From contig NC_008698.1 in the NCBI RefSeq assembly GCF_000015225.1, forward strand, positions 990,001 through 1,022,000: a stretch of 32,000 nucleotides of DNA, written 5' to 3'. Positions 8,766-17,023 of this stretch are shown here, piece after piece. The stretch is from Thermofilum pendens Hrk 5. Lineage in GTDB: Archaea; Thermoproteota; Thermoprotei; Thermofilales; Thermofilaceae. Positions within the stretch are counted from its first letter, which is position 1. Each line of letters begins with the position of its first letter. Both the position numbers and the translations under genes were made by a program. The notes beneath the pieces were generated by a model, which saw only the letters and a program-made list of their open reading frames with translations, made no database searches and was not told where the DNA came from.

Positions 8766-9662
8766 ATGGAGCTGGACGCTTTACGCCTCGTGCTTGCACC
8801 CGTAGCCCTCGTCCTTCTACTCGCCGTGGGCTCTATGGTTGTCGTGCTCGCCCGTGAGTCCATCCCGGTGTTAGCGCGCGAGGGTCTCGCGATCCTTACC
8901 AGCAATGCCTGGAGGCCCTCCGAAGACCCCTCCGAGGAGCTCTACGGCGTCGCTGTCCCAGTTCTTGGTTCGCTGTACACTGCGGCGTTGGCGCTCGCGC
9001 TCGTAGCGCTATTCTCGCTATCGCTGACTGTTTTCGTCGAGGAAGTGGCTCCGCGCCCCCTAAGGGCGGCGCTCGAGGAGGCGCTAAACGTCGCCGCGTC
9101 CGTCCCCACGGTGGTGTACGGGCTCTGGGGCTTATCCACAGTGGTCCCGGCCGTGAGGTGGCTCGGGAGAACCCTGGGGATGGAGGGAGTCAGCGGTCCG
9201 AGCATACTCTCGGCTTCCATCGTACTGGCCACGATGATAACGCCTTACGCTGCGGCAATGATGCTCGTAGCTTACAAGTCGGTCCCGCTCGCGTACGTAG
9301 AGGCGGTGACGAGCCTCGGCGCCACGAGGGTTGAGCGTGCCCGGATAATTCTCGGAATGATCCGCGGCTTCTTCGCGGCTTCGCTCCTCATAGGTTTCGG
9401 CAGGGCGGTTGGAGAGACGACGGCTGTCAGCATGGTCGTCGGGAACGTCTACAACCTCTCTCCCAACGTCTTCGAGCCATCCTACACGGTTACAAGCCTA
9501 ATAGCGAACCAGTTCGGCATGGCGTACTACTACAGGTACCTGCCGAGCGCCCTCTACTTCGCCGCCCTCCTCCTACTCGCCGTGAGCTCGATTGCAACGT
9601 ACGCTGGGCTGAGGCTAGCCTCAAGGGCGGGGCTCCCGGCGCACAGAGGTGGTGGCAGGTGA
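8766..9662 (+). CDS. pstC: phosphate ABC transporter permease PstC
   Basis: 298 aa polytopic protein with the EAA-type loop 'YVEAVTSLGATRVERARIILGMIR'. It sits between pstS and pstA. Confidence 0.85.
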   Translation: MELDALRLVLAPVALVLLLAVGSMVVVLARESIPVLAREGLAILTSNAWRPSEDPSEELYGVAVPVLGSLYTAALALALVALFSLSLTVFVEEVAPRPLRAALEEALNVAASVPTVVYGLWGLSTVVPAVRWLGRTLGMEGVSGPSILSASIVLATMITPYAAAMMLVAYKSVPLAYVEAVTSLGATRVERARIILGMIRGFFAASLLIGFGRAVGETTAVSMVVGNVYNLSPNVFEPSYTVTSLIANQFGMAYYYRYLPSALYFAALLLLAVSSIATYAGLRLASRAGLPAHRGGGR

Positions 9663-10498
9663 ACAGGAGGAGGCTCGTGAACACCGCTGTAGCCGCAGGT
9701 GCAACCGTGTTCTCAGCGACGGTGTTCCTGCTCATAGCACTCCTCGTGGCCAAGCCGCTGTACGCAGGCGCCTCGGTGGTGCTGAGAAGAGGCATCTCGT
9801 TCTTCACGGAACCCCCCGCTCCCCCAGGGGTGGGGGAGACGGGAGGAGTCATCTACGCGCTGCTCGGAACCCTGCTTATGACCCTGATAGCAGTCCTCGT
9901 GTCCTCGCCTCTAGGCGTCCTGACGGGGATATACGTGAGCGAGTACCCCCGAGACCCCCTCGCCAGGCTGGCGGAGCACGCGTCCCAGTTCCTCAGCGAG
10001 GTACCAAGCGTGCTTCTAGGCGTATTCGTATACGGGGCGGTCGTAGTGTACACGAAGAGCCCCTCTCTGCTGGCAGGCGCGCTGAGTCTCTCCCTGGTGG
10101 TAACGCCGTACATCGTGGTGCATACGAAGGAGATTCTCTCCTCCATACCGTTCGCCTACAGAGAGGCTGCCTTCGCGCTAGGCCTCCCAAAGTGGAAGAC
10201 CGTGCTACTAGTCCTGCTACCGATGAACCTCAGGGGCATAGCGAGCTCCCTCCTCGCGGCCTACTTCAGGGCCCTCGGGGAAACAGCGCCGGTGCTCTTC
10301 ACGGCGGGCGCCGCGTTCAACGGCTTCTACGGGTTGCTCGGCCCTTCGAGCACGCTCTCGCTACTCGTGTGGACGTACGGGCAGAGCCCCTTCGAGAACT
10401 GGCAGGAGCTCGCCTGGGGGGCGGCCTTCATCCTCGTAGCATTCACGCTCGCCGCGTCTATCGCCCTGAGAGTCTCGGTGAGGGAGGTGAGGCTATGA
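9659..10498 (+). CDS. pstA: phosphate ABC transporter permease PstA
   Basis: 279 aa. The GTG start overlaps the pstC stop (GTGA). It has the EAA loop 'YREAAFALGLPKWKTVLLVLLP' and multiple TM segments. Confidence 0.85.
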   Translation: MNRRRLVNTAVAAGATVFSATVFLLIALLVAKPLYAGASVVLRRGISFFTEPPAPPGVGETGGVIYALLGTLLMTLIAVLVSSPLGVLTGIYVSEYPRDPLARLAEHASQFLSEVPSVLLGVFVYGAVVVYTKSPSLLAGALSLSLVVTPYIVVHTKEILSSIPFAYREAAFALGLPKWKTVLLVLLPMNLRGIASSLLAAYFRALGETAPVLFTAGAAFNGFYGLLGPSSTLSLLVWTYGQSPFENWQELAWGAAFILVAFTLAASIALRVSVREVRL

Positions 10499-11268
10499 GC
10501 GACCCAGCGGTCAGAACAGTGAACCTGAACGTGTACTACGGCAAGGAGCAAGTACTCTTCGACGTGAACATCTCCGTCCCGCGGAGAGGGATATACGCGG
10601 TAATGGGGCCCAGCGGCTGCGGCAAGTCGACGCTTCTCAGAACGATAAACAGGCTTATCGAGCTGAGGCCCGAGGCGAGGGTTAAGGGGAGGGTCGAGGT
10701 CAACGGGCTGGACGTCTACAGGGATCTAAGCCCAGAGCAAGTAGCGAGGATGGTCGGCATGGTCTTCCAGACGCCCAACCCGCTCCCCCACCTCTCGATC
10801 TACGACAACGTCGCCCTGGGACCGCGCCTCCACGGCTTGGCGAGGGGGAGGCAGCTCGACGCCATCGTCCGCGAGGCACTGGAGCAGGCAGCCCTCTGGG
10901 ACGAGGTCAAAGACAAGCTCAGAAAGCCGGCGACAACGCTGAGCGGCGGGCAACAGCAACGCCTATGCATAGCCAGGGCCCTCGCGCTTAAGCCCTCCGT
11001 ACTCTTAATGGACGAGCCGACCGCCAACCTAGACCCCGTGAACGCCGCGAAGATAGAAGACCTCGTGAAGAGCCTCTCAAGGGAGATAACGGTGATAATA
11101 GTGACGCACGACCCGGAGCAAGCCCTGCGGCTCGCGTCGAGGGGCGCCCTACTCTTCAAGGGGAGGGTAGTGAGGGAGGGTGTTCTGAGCTCCGTGATCA
11201 CGAGTAGCCGCGAGTACTACGACATCCTTCGAAGGCTGGCAGTCGAGACCCCGGTAGCACGCGCGTAG
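10495..11268 (+). CDS. pstB: phosphate ABC transporter ATP-binding protein PstB
   Basis: ATG 10495 overlaps the pstA stop (ATGA). Motifs present: Walker A 'GPSGCGKST', signature 'LSGGQQQRLCIARALA', Walker B 'LLMDEPTANLD', H-loop 'VTHD'. The 539-aa track ORF starting at 9649 is an out-of-frame, Arg-rich 5' extension lying over pstA. Confidence 0.9.
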   Translation: MSDPAVRTVNLNVYYGKEQVLFDVNISVPRRGIYAVMGPSGCGKSTLLRTINRLIELRPEARVKGRVEVNGLDVYRDLSPEQVARMVGMVFQTPNPLPHLSIYDNVALGPRLHGLARGRQLDAIVREALEQAALWDEVKDKLRKPATTLSGGQQQRLCIARALALKPSVLLMDEPTANLDPVNAAKIEDLVKSLSREITVIIVTHDPEQALRLASRGALLFKGRVVREGVLSSVITSSREYYDILRRLAVETPVARA

Positions 11269-11272
11269 CGCG

Positions 11273-12877
11273 CTACTCGTACTCGATCGTGGCCGGGGGT
11301 TTATGCGTGATGTCGTAGAGGACCCTGTTGACTCCTTCTACCTCGTTGACTAGCCGCTCGGCTAAGCGCTCGAGGAAATCCCACGGTAGCTTCGCGAAGC
11401 TCGCCGTCATCGCGTCTTCGCTGTAGACGACCCTCAGCGCTACCGCGTACTCATAGCTCCTAGAGTCCCCCTTCACCCCGACGGTCTTCACGGGGAGAAG
11501 CACGGGGAACGCCTGCCACACCTCCCTGTAAAGCCCGCTCTTCTTGAACTCCTCCTCCACTATGCTCGTAGCCCTGCGCAGTATCCTGAGCTTCTCCTCG
11601 GTTACCTCGCCTACAACCCTGACGGCGAGGCCCGGCCCGGGGAACGGGTGCTGGTACACGATGTCCTCCGGGACCCCGAGCAGGAGCGCTATCCTCCTCA
11701 CCTCGTCCTTGTAGAAATCGGCCAGAGGCTCGACGAGCTCCACGCCTGGAACCTCGCCCATCACGACGTTGTGGTGGCTCTTGATCTTTGCGGTTGCCTT
11801 GCCAGTCCTCCCGCTCTCCACCCTGTCCGGGTAGATCGTGCCCTGAGCCAGGAACCTGAAGGGGCCGTACCTCTCCTCTATTTCCCTTATCTTCTCCGAG
11901 AAAACCTCGGCGAATGTCTCCGCGATAATGCGCCTCTTCTCCTCGGGGTCCGTCACCCCCCTAAGCCTCTCGAGGAACCTCCTGCTGGCGTCGACGTAGT
12001 GTACGTGCCTGAACCCTAGCCTGGAGAGTGTCTCCAGGACTCTCTCCGGCTCACCCTCCCTGAGGAGGCCGGTGTTCACGTATACTACGTGGACGGGGTC
12101 GGGCCCCAGCGCTTTGAGCAGGAGGACCGCCGTAGTTGTCGAGTCGACGCCGCCGCTCACCGCTATCAGCACGTTCCCCTTAACCTTCTCCCTGATCTCC
12201 CTGATCTTCTCCTCCACGAGGTTCTCTACGAACCAGTTGGGCTTGGCGCCTGCGACTTCGGAGAGGAAGTTTCTCAGAATTGCGAGCCCGTACGCCGTGT
12301 GCCTTACCTCGGGGTGGAACTGTACCCCGTATATAGGCTTGGATCTGTGCCGGAAAGCCGCTATGAAGGAGTAATCCGTCTCCGCTATCCTGACGGCGTC
12401 TGGGGGTAGCTCGACGACGGCGTCCCTGTGGGACATCCAGACGTCCTGCTCGCCCGGCGTGCCCTTGAAGAGCGGGTCCTCCGAGACCACCCTAAGCCTG
12501 CTTATACCGTACTCCGCCTTCTCCCGCCTCTCCACCTTCCCGCCGAGAGCCCTCGCCAGCAACTGGTGCCCGTAGCATATACCCAGCACCGCGACGCTCC
12601 CCGAGAGAAGCCACTCCAGCACCTCCCTCCTGGGCCACGGGCTCCCCTCCTCGTAGATACTGGAGGGCCCCCCGGAGAGGATTACCGCTACTGGCTTCAG
12701 GGAGAGCACATCCTCGAGGGGTGAGTCGTAGTCAACGAGTAGCGAGCGGTAGTTGAGCTCGCGCACCCTCCTGGCGATCAGGTGGGCGTACTGCCCCCCG
12801 AAGTCCAGGACGACAACGCTATACTCCGTGCTTCTCGAAGGCCCTCTTAACCCTCTCCCGCTTGACTCTCTCGACAT
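11273..12877 (-). CDS. guaA: GMP synthase (glutamine-hydrolysing), fused GATase and ATP-pyrophosphatase
   Basis: 534 aa. Motifs present: GATase 'LGICYGHQLL' and 'VQFHPEV', the PP-loop 'AVSGGVDSTT', and the typical C-terminal end 'PPATIEYE'. No in-frame ATG/GTG/TTG exists between ATG 12877 and the conserved 'VVVLDFGGQY', so the 59-nt overlap with the upstream gene looks real. Confidence 0.9.
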   Translation of the reverse strand: MSRESSGRGLRGPSRSTEYSVVVLDFGGQYAHLIARRVRELNYRSLLVDYDSPLEDVLSLKPVAVILSGGPSSIYEEGSPWPRREVLEWLLSGSVAVLGICYGHQLLARALGGKVERREKAEYGISRLRVVSEDPLFKGTPGEQDVWMSHRDAVVELPPDAVRIAETDYSFIAAFRHRSKPIYGVQFHPEVRHTAYGLAILRNFLSEVAGAKPNWFVENLVEEKIREIREKVKGNVLIAVSGGVDSTTTAVLLLKALGPDPVHVVYVNTGLLREGEPERVLETLSRLGFRHVHYVDASRRFLERLRGVTDPEEKRRIIAETFAEVFSEKIREIEERYGPFRFLAQGTIYPDRVESGRTGKATAKIKSHHNVVMGEVPGVELVEPLADFYKDEVRRIALLLGVPEDIVYQHPFPGPGLAVRVVGEVTEEKLRILRRATSIVEEEFKKSGLYREVWQAFPVLLPVKTVGVKGDSRSYEYAVALRVVYSEDAMTASFAKLPWDFLERLAERLVNEVEGVNRVLYDITHKPPATIEYE

Positions 12878-13916
12878 CGTCCCTCCCCAGCTCGTAGCCC
12901 GCGATCACGCCCTCCCTCACCAGCAGCCTTCCACCGATAAAAACGTGGCTAGGCCTGGCCTCGCCTCTAACCACCCTTGAAAGCGGCTCGTCGAACGCGG
13001 CGAGGTCTCCCTCGGGCTTAAACCCCAGCAACAGGTAGCCGCCCAGGGTCGCCCTCTCCAGTAGCCTGTACGACGGCCCGTGCACGGCCACCGCGTCCCC
13101 GTACGTCTTGAGGAGGGTGCCCGTTACCAGCGGCCAGTCGCTCCCGAGAGAGTCGAAGTACTCGAGCCCGCGGAGAGTCCTCCCGTAGAGGTAGAGGTTC
13201 GAGGTTGGGCAGTGCACCACCCTGAGCCCGTGCCTCCTGCACTTCTCCGCGCCCTCGAAGCAGTGAACAGCGATAACGCCCCGCGTATCGCCCTCCAAGG
13301 CCTCAACAAGCTCGTCAGCCTCGTCCACTCCCTCCGACAGGTGGAGCGCGAAGGGGACGCCGAGCCTCTCCGCCATCCTCTTCGAGGCCCTCAGCATGGA
13401 CCTGTCAGCCATCCTCAGGGAGTGCACGAAGAACCCCAGCGAGTAGTACCCGTCCCACATGCTCAGGTTCTTCACGTACTTCACGTATATACTCTCGGGG
13501 AGGCTCCAGCCCTCGCCCCTCATAACCGTGGGTAGAAGCACCGTTCGGGGGGCTACCTTCAGCCTCCTAACGGCCTCTATGTTGCCCTCGAGGCTACCTG
13601 TCAGCGCCACCAGCGTGACCCCGTCGAGCAGGGAGAGGAGCAGGGCTACCTCCGCGAGCTCAGCCGATGTCTCCGCGTCCCGCCTAAGCGACGCCTCGTT
13701 TACGCGTAGACGCCTCCCCTCTATCCACTCGTACGAGTTCCTCCACCTACCCCCCTCGCCTACGTCCACTACTTGGGGGTGGGCGTGGGCATCGCTGAAG
13801 CCAGGGGACACTGCGGACTCGAAGTAAAAGTCCTCGGAGACCCCCGGCATGACGAGCCTAGCCCTCTCCAGGACCCTCCCGCCCGCGAACAGCTCTCCTA
13901 CCTCGACTACCCCCAT
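12819..13916 (-). CDS. amidohydrolase-superfamily metallo-hydrolase, deaminase/chlorohydrolase-like subgroup
   Basis: 365 aa. Motifs present: metal ligands 'SDAHAHP' (HxH), 'ALHLSEG' (His plus catalytic-type Glu), 'AVHCF' and 'LGSDWP' (Asp). The start ATG (13914-13916) overlaps the stop of the upstream guaB-like gene (ATGA). Confidence 0.7.
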   Translation of the reverse strand: MGVVEVGELFAGGRVLERARLVMPGVSEDFYFESAVSPGFSDAHAHPQVVDVGEGGRWRNSYEWIEGRRLRVNEASLRRDAETSAELAEVALLLSLLDGVTLVALTGSLEGNIEAVRRLKVAPRTVLLPTVMRGEGWSLPESIYVKYVKNLSMWDGYYSLGFFVHSLRMADRSMLRASKRMAERLGVPFALHLSEGVDEADELVEALEGDTRGVIAVHCFEGAEKCRRHGLRVVHCPTSNLYLYGRTLRGLEYFDSLGSDWPLVTGTLLKTYGDAVAVHGPSYRLLERATLGGYLLLGFKPEGDLAAFDEPLSRVVRGEARPSHVFIGGRLLVREGVIAGYELGRDDVERVKRERVKRAFEKHGV

Positions 13917-14965
13917 CAGTACTTCACCTCCAGTAGCCCCCTGGGGCCGCTCTCCCTCACACCCGCGTGCGTAAGCCTCACGAACTCCGCCTTTACGCGT
14001 AGCTCCTCCAGGTTCCTCGCGCCGACGTAGCCCATACCCTGCTTAAGCCCGTTCACCAGGAACTCCACCACGCCCTCGACGGGACCCCTGCACGGCACGA
14101 GCCCCTCCACCCCCTCGGGTACCCGCTTGAACTCGCCGTAGCGTGTCGAGCCGCTCCGAAGAGCCCCCCTACTACCCATGCCCCTGTACACCTTGAAGCA
14201 TTCCCCGCCGCGTACAACGACGTGCCCCGGTGCCTCGTCGCTTCCGGCGAGCAGATAGCCAAGCATGACGGCGTCCGCCCCGGCTGCGAGCGCCTTGACG
14301 ATGTCCGCGGGCTTCTCTATGCCGCCGTCCGCCACTACCGAGACTCCGTGGCTCCTAGCGGCGTCCGCGACTTTCGCGACCGCCGATAGCTGGGGGTACC
14401 CGACGCCGGCTACCTCCCGGGTGGTACACGCGTGCCCGGGACCAACGCCTACCCTCAGGGATACAGCCCCGGCGCCTATCAAGTCTAGGGCAGCCTCTGC
14501 CGTCACTATGTTCCCGGCCATGACCTCGGCCCCCATACCCGCGTACCTACGCGTAGCCTCCAAGACGTTCCTGCTGTGGCCGTGCGCCGTGTCGATGACT
14601 ATTATCGAGGCGCCGGCGTCTAGGGCCTTCGAAACCCTCTCATCGTCGAAGGGTCCTACGGCTACGCCGACGGGGAGGTTTTCCCCGGAGATCTTCTTAA
14701 CGTACTCGACGACGGCGTCCAGGGGGATATTCCTCGGTAGAACGCCGAGCCCCCCGAGCTCGCCGAGCTTTCTCGCCATCTCGAAGCCGGTTACGGTGTC
14801 CATGGGGCTACTGATTATGGGGATCTTGAGGAGGAGGTTTTTCGTAAGCCTTGTCGACACGTCTACCTCGTCTATCCTCACGTCGGAGTACTTGGGGACT
14901 AGTAGAACGTCGTCGAAGCTCAGCCCCAGCTCGGAGTTTTTAATCTTCTCTTCGAATAGCCCCAT
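13916..14965 (-). CDS. guaB: IMP dehydrogenase family protein lacking the CBS (Bateman) subdomain
   Basis: Motifs present: 'LSFDDVLLVP', 'IISSPMDTV', catalytic loop 'GVGPGHACTTR', 'VADGGI', flap 'GSTRYGEF' with the Arg-Tyr dyad, and 'VPEGVEG'. Only about 25 residues lie between 'GGLGVL' and 'VGVAVG', where the ~120-aa CBS pair normally sits. I prefer ATG 14965 ('MGLFEEKIK', 349 aa), because a TATA-like 'ctttatttc' lies 21-29 nt upstream on this strand. The track ORF extends to 15109 through the promoter island. Confidence 0.8.
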   Translation of the reverse strand: MGLFEEKIKNSELGLSFDDVLLVPKYSDVRIDEVDVSTRLTKNLLLKIPIISSPMDTVTGFEMARKLGELGGLGVLPRNIPLDAVVEYVKKISGENLPVGVAVGPFDDERVSKALDAGASIIVIDTAHGHSRNVLEATRRYAGMGAEVMAGNIVTAEAALDLIGAGAVSLRVGVGPGHACTTREVAGVGYPQLSAVAKVADAARSHGVSVVADGGIEKPADIVKALAAGADAVMLGYLLAGSDEAPGHVVVRGGECFKVYRGMGSRGALRSGSTRYGEFKRVPEGVEGLVPCRGPVEGVVEFLVNGLKQGMGYVGARNLEELRVKAEFVRLTHAGVRESGPRGLLEVKY

Positions 14966-15038
14966 ACAAAGTAAACCCAGGCCTAGAAATAAAGCGTTTC
15001 GTATAAACAGTAAGTATTTATCCATGTAAGTATATACC
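14966..15038. promoter_or_regulatory. divergent AT-rich promoter island (guaB-like operon on the minus strand, AbrB-PhoU gene on the plus strand)
   Basis: This is a 73-nt AT-rich gap. It holds 'gaaataaag' (14986-14994, minus-strand TATA) and 'agtatttat' (15013-21, plus-strand TATA). Each lies about 20-30 nt from its start codon. Confidence 0.5.
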
Positions 15039-15989
15039 TTGCTCGTGGCGTACGCGAGGAAGCTCATAAGGCTCGGGAAGTCGAGCCTCGCGGTAACCCT
15101 TCCGTCCAAGTGGCTGAAGAGGCACTCGCTACGAGAGGGCGACGTGGTGTACCTGGAGGAGAGGGAGGAAGGCTTGCTCGTAGCCCCGGGCCTCCGGGAG
15201 CAACGCGAGCGGCTGGAGCAAGCCAGGGTGGAGCTCGCCCCGGGAGAGGAAGAGTCGGCGGAGAGGATGATAATCTCCTTCTACCAGGCGGGCTACTCGG
15301 AGATAAGGATCGTGTACAGCGGTGGGAGGATGCCCGCGGGGCTTCTGAGCCAGGTGAGAGGCTCCCTGGCTAGGCTCGTGGGCTTAGAGGTGTTCGAGGA
15401 AGGTGAGAACTACGTCCAGCTCCAGATGGTTGCCGACACGTCTACGATGAGCCTCGAGAGGATACTCTCTAGGATGGAGATCTTGGTCAAGAACGACGTG
15501 AGAGACCTCGAAGACTACTACGAGGAAAAGGACTCCTCGTACCTGCGCAGCGTCGTCGAGAGAGACGTAGAGCTCGACAAGTTCTACTTCCTCCTGAGCA
15601 GGCAGGTAGCCCTCTCGCTGAAGTCCTCCTCGTACGCGGAGAAGATAGGCGTGAAGAGTAGACCTCTCCTCCTACCGTACTTTAACTACGGGAAGACTCT
15701 CGAAAGGGTGGGCGACGTCCTCGTCAGCATCGCAAGAGCCCTCCTGGCGGGTGAAAGCATCGCGAAGTCTCACCTCTACACCGCTCGGAGAGCCGTGGAG
15801 AACGGGATAAACGTGTTCAGAACGGGGGACAAGGCGAGCAAGTCGAGTCTCGTGAACCTCTACTCAAGGTACTTCTCGACGACCCATAGGCAGAGCCTGG
15901 TAGACTACCTCGTAGGGAACCTTCTCTCGCTCTCGCTGGACATGCTGGAGTCCAGGATCGACCTAGAAGCCCTCGAGAAAATCGCCTAG
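15039..15989 (+). CDS. AbrB/SpoVT-domain plus PhoU-domain protein (archaeal 'phosphate uptake regulator'-type), paralogue 1
   Basis: 316 aa with TTG 15039 as the start, or GTG 15045. The N-terminus 'RKLIRLGKSSLAVTLPSKWLKRHSLREGDVVYLEE' is an AbrB swapped-hairpin. The rest is helical with PhoU-type repeats, for example 'ERDVELDKFYFLLSRQ'. Confidence 0.75.
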   Translation: MLVAYARKLIRLGKSSLAVTLPSKWLKRHSLREGDVVYLEEREEGLLVAPGLREQRERLEQARVELAPGEEESAERMIISFYQAGYSEIRIVYSGGRMPAGLLSQVRGSLARLVGLEVFEEGENYVQLQMVADTSTMSLERILSRMEILVKNDVRDLEDYYEEKDSSYLRSVVERDVELDKFYFLLSRQVALSLKSSSYAEKIGVKSRPLLLPYFNYGKTLERVGDVLVSIARALLAGESIAKSHLYTARRAVENGINVFRTGDKASKSSLVNLYSRYFSTTHRQSLVDYLVGNLLSLSLDMLESRIDLEALEKIA

Positions 15990-16085
15990 GAGTAGCCGGA
16001 GAAGCGCGCAGTAGTTAAGAGAAAAGTATTTATGTGTGATCATTTTTGTAGACTTATGCAAGTTTATGTCGCAAAGATAGCTTTT

Positions 16086-16493
16086 ATGAGCATAGGTAGC
16101 CTGAAGCCCCACGAGGAGTTCTCCGAGGAAAGAGTGGAGGAGCTTCTCCGCGACATGCTCGAGAGGGGGGTGCTAATCAAGCCTATCGCTGCCGAGTCGA
16201 GGTACGGAGTGATCCTGGACGGCCACCACAGGGTGGAGGCGCTTAGAAGGCTCGGGGTGAAGGAGGTTCCGGTCGCGCTGGTAGACTACGACGACGAGCG
16301 CATAGTCGTGCGGTCGTGGAGAGAGGGGTTTAGCCCGTCGAAGAGAGAGGTTATCGAGAGGGCTCTTAAGGGGAGCCTGTACCCCTACAAGACCACGAGG
16401 CACGTGGTAGTCATAGACGGGAAGGAGCTCCACATCTCGGAGGTCGTTCCCAATGTGTACTACAAGCTCAAGCCTCTGCTTGTACAAGATTAA
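16086..16493 (+). CDS. ParB/sulfiredoxin-like domain protein
   Basis: 'LKPHEEFSEERVEELLRDMLERGVLIKPI...VILDGHHRVEALRRLGVKEVPVALVDY' matches the ParB N-terminal/Srx fold pattern (the DGHHR box). I prefer ATG 16086 (135 aa), because the track start at 16032 lies inside the TATA-like 'aaaagtatttatg'. Confidence 0.65.
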   Translation: MSIGSLKPHEEFSEERVEELLRDMLERGVLIKPIAAESRYGVILDGHHRVEALRRLGVKEVPVALVDYDDERIVVRSWREGFSPSKREVIERALKGSLYPYKTTRHVVVIDGKELHISEVVPNVYYKLKPLLVQD

Positions 16494-16875
16494 TCAGGCT
16501 TGAAGCATCGTACCAACCGCAACTAGTAATCTTCTCCAGGTCGACCCTCCCCTCGACCGTTATCGAGACCTTCTCGTCGAGGAGAGGAAGGCTCAGCTCT
16601 ATCCTCCTATGCGTGTCCGACGACACGAACGTGACGCTGTACCAGACCCCGCCGGGCCTCATCCCCTCGAACCCGCTCGGCCCAGCCTTCGCGAGGATGG
16701 TTAGCCTCTCCCTGAACTCCACCTCCGCCTCCCCGCTGAAGCCGCCCCGCGCATCCCTCTCCGCGAGGTTCTTCACCATCCTACCGTCGGCGAAGACCAC
16801 GAAGTAGGCTCGCACGACCCCTCTACCCACACGCCTCCTAGCAAGGAACACTCCTCCCATCTTCACCGTCGTCAA
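16468..16875 (-). CDS. hypothetical protein
   Basis: 135-aa ORF with no motif I recognise. The composition looks protein-like, whereas the antisense 64-aa ORF is Ser/Pro-rich junk. A palindromic 'tttaaa' TATA (16909-16914) lies about 35 nt upstream. The 3' end overlaps the convergent ParB-like gene by 26 nt. Confidence 0.45.
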   Translation of the reverse strand: MTTVKMGGVFLARRRVGRGVVRAYFVVFADGRMVKNLAERDARGGFSGEAEVEFRERLTILAKAGPSGFEGMRPGGVWYSVTFVSSDTHRRIELSLPLLDEKVSITVEGRVDLEKITSCGWYDASSLINLVQAEA

Positions 16876-17023
16876 GTGGCTTCAAGCCCTGTCTAGCGCA
16901 TACGCACGTTTAAATCGATAACGATTTTTCCGCGTAGCGCGCGAGTTTCTGGAGGACCCTCTCACTCTCTATGATAGTTAGCCGGAAAAAGGTTTTTTAT
17001 GAGATCCCCGGCTCGTAATCTTC

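Noticed and set aside
9649-10494. 5' two-thirds of the 539-aa track ORF that ends as PstB.
   Set aside because: This part is Arg-rich junk that overlaps pstA out of frame. The PstB homology begins at ATG 10495, which overlaps the pstA stop (ATGA).
14265-15029. 254-aa + strand ORF antisense to the guaB-like gene.
   Set aside because: Its Ser/Thr/Pro/Ala-rich composition carries no motif. The opposite strand encodes an unmistakable IMPDH-family protein.
14966-15109. 48-codon N-terminal extension of the guaB-like ORF ('MDGRVTARLDFPSL...').
   Set aside because: The extension runs through the AT-rich divergent promoter island and into the neighbouring gene's 5' end. Homologues start close to 'LSFDDVLLVP', and ATG 14965 has a TATA-like box at the right distance.
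16876-17023. Possible C/D-box sRNA in the spacer before the GNAT gene ('ctatgatag...').
   Set aside because: The C-box match is imperfect (AUGAUAG versus RUGAUGA). No CUGA D box lies at a suitable distance, and there are no terminal complementary ends. The region is adequately explained by two TATA-like promoters.
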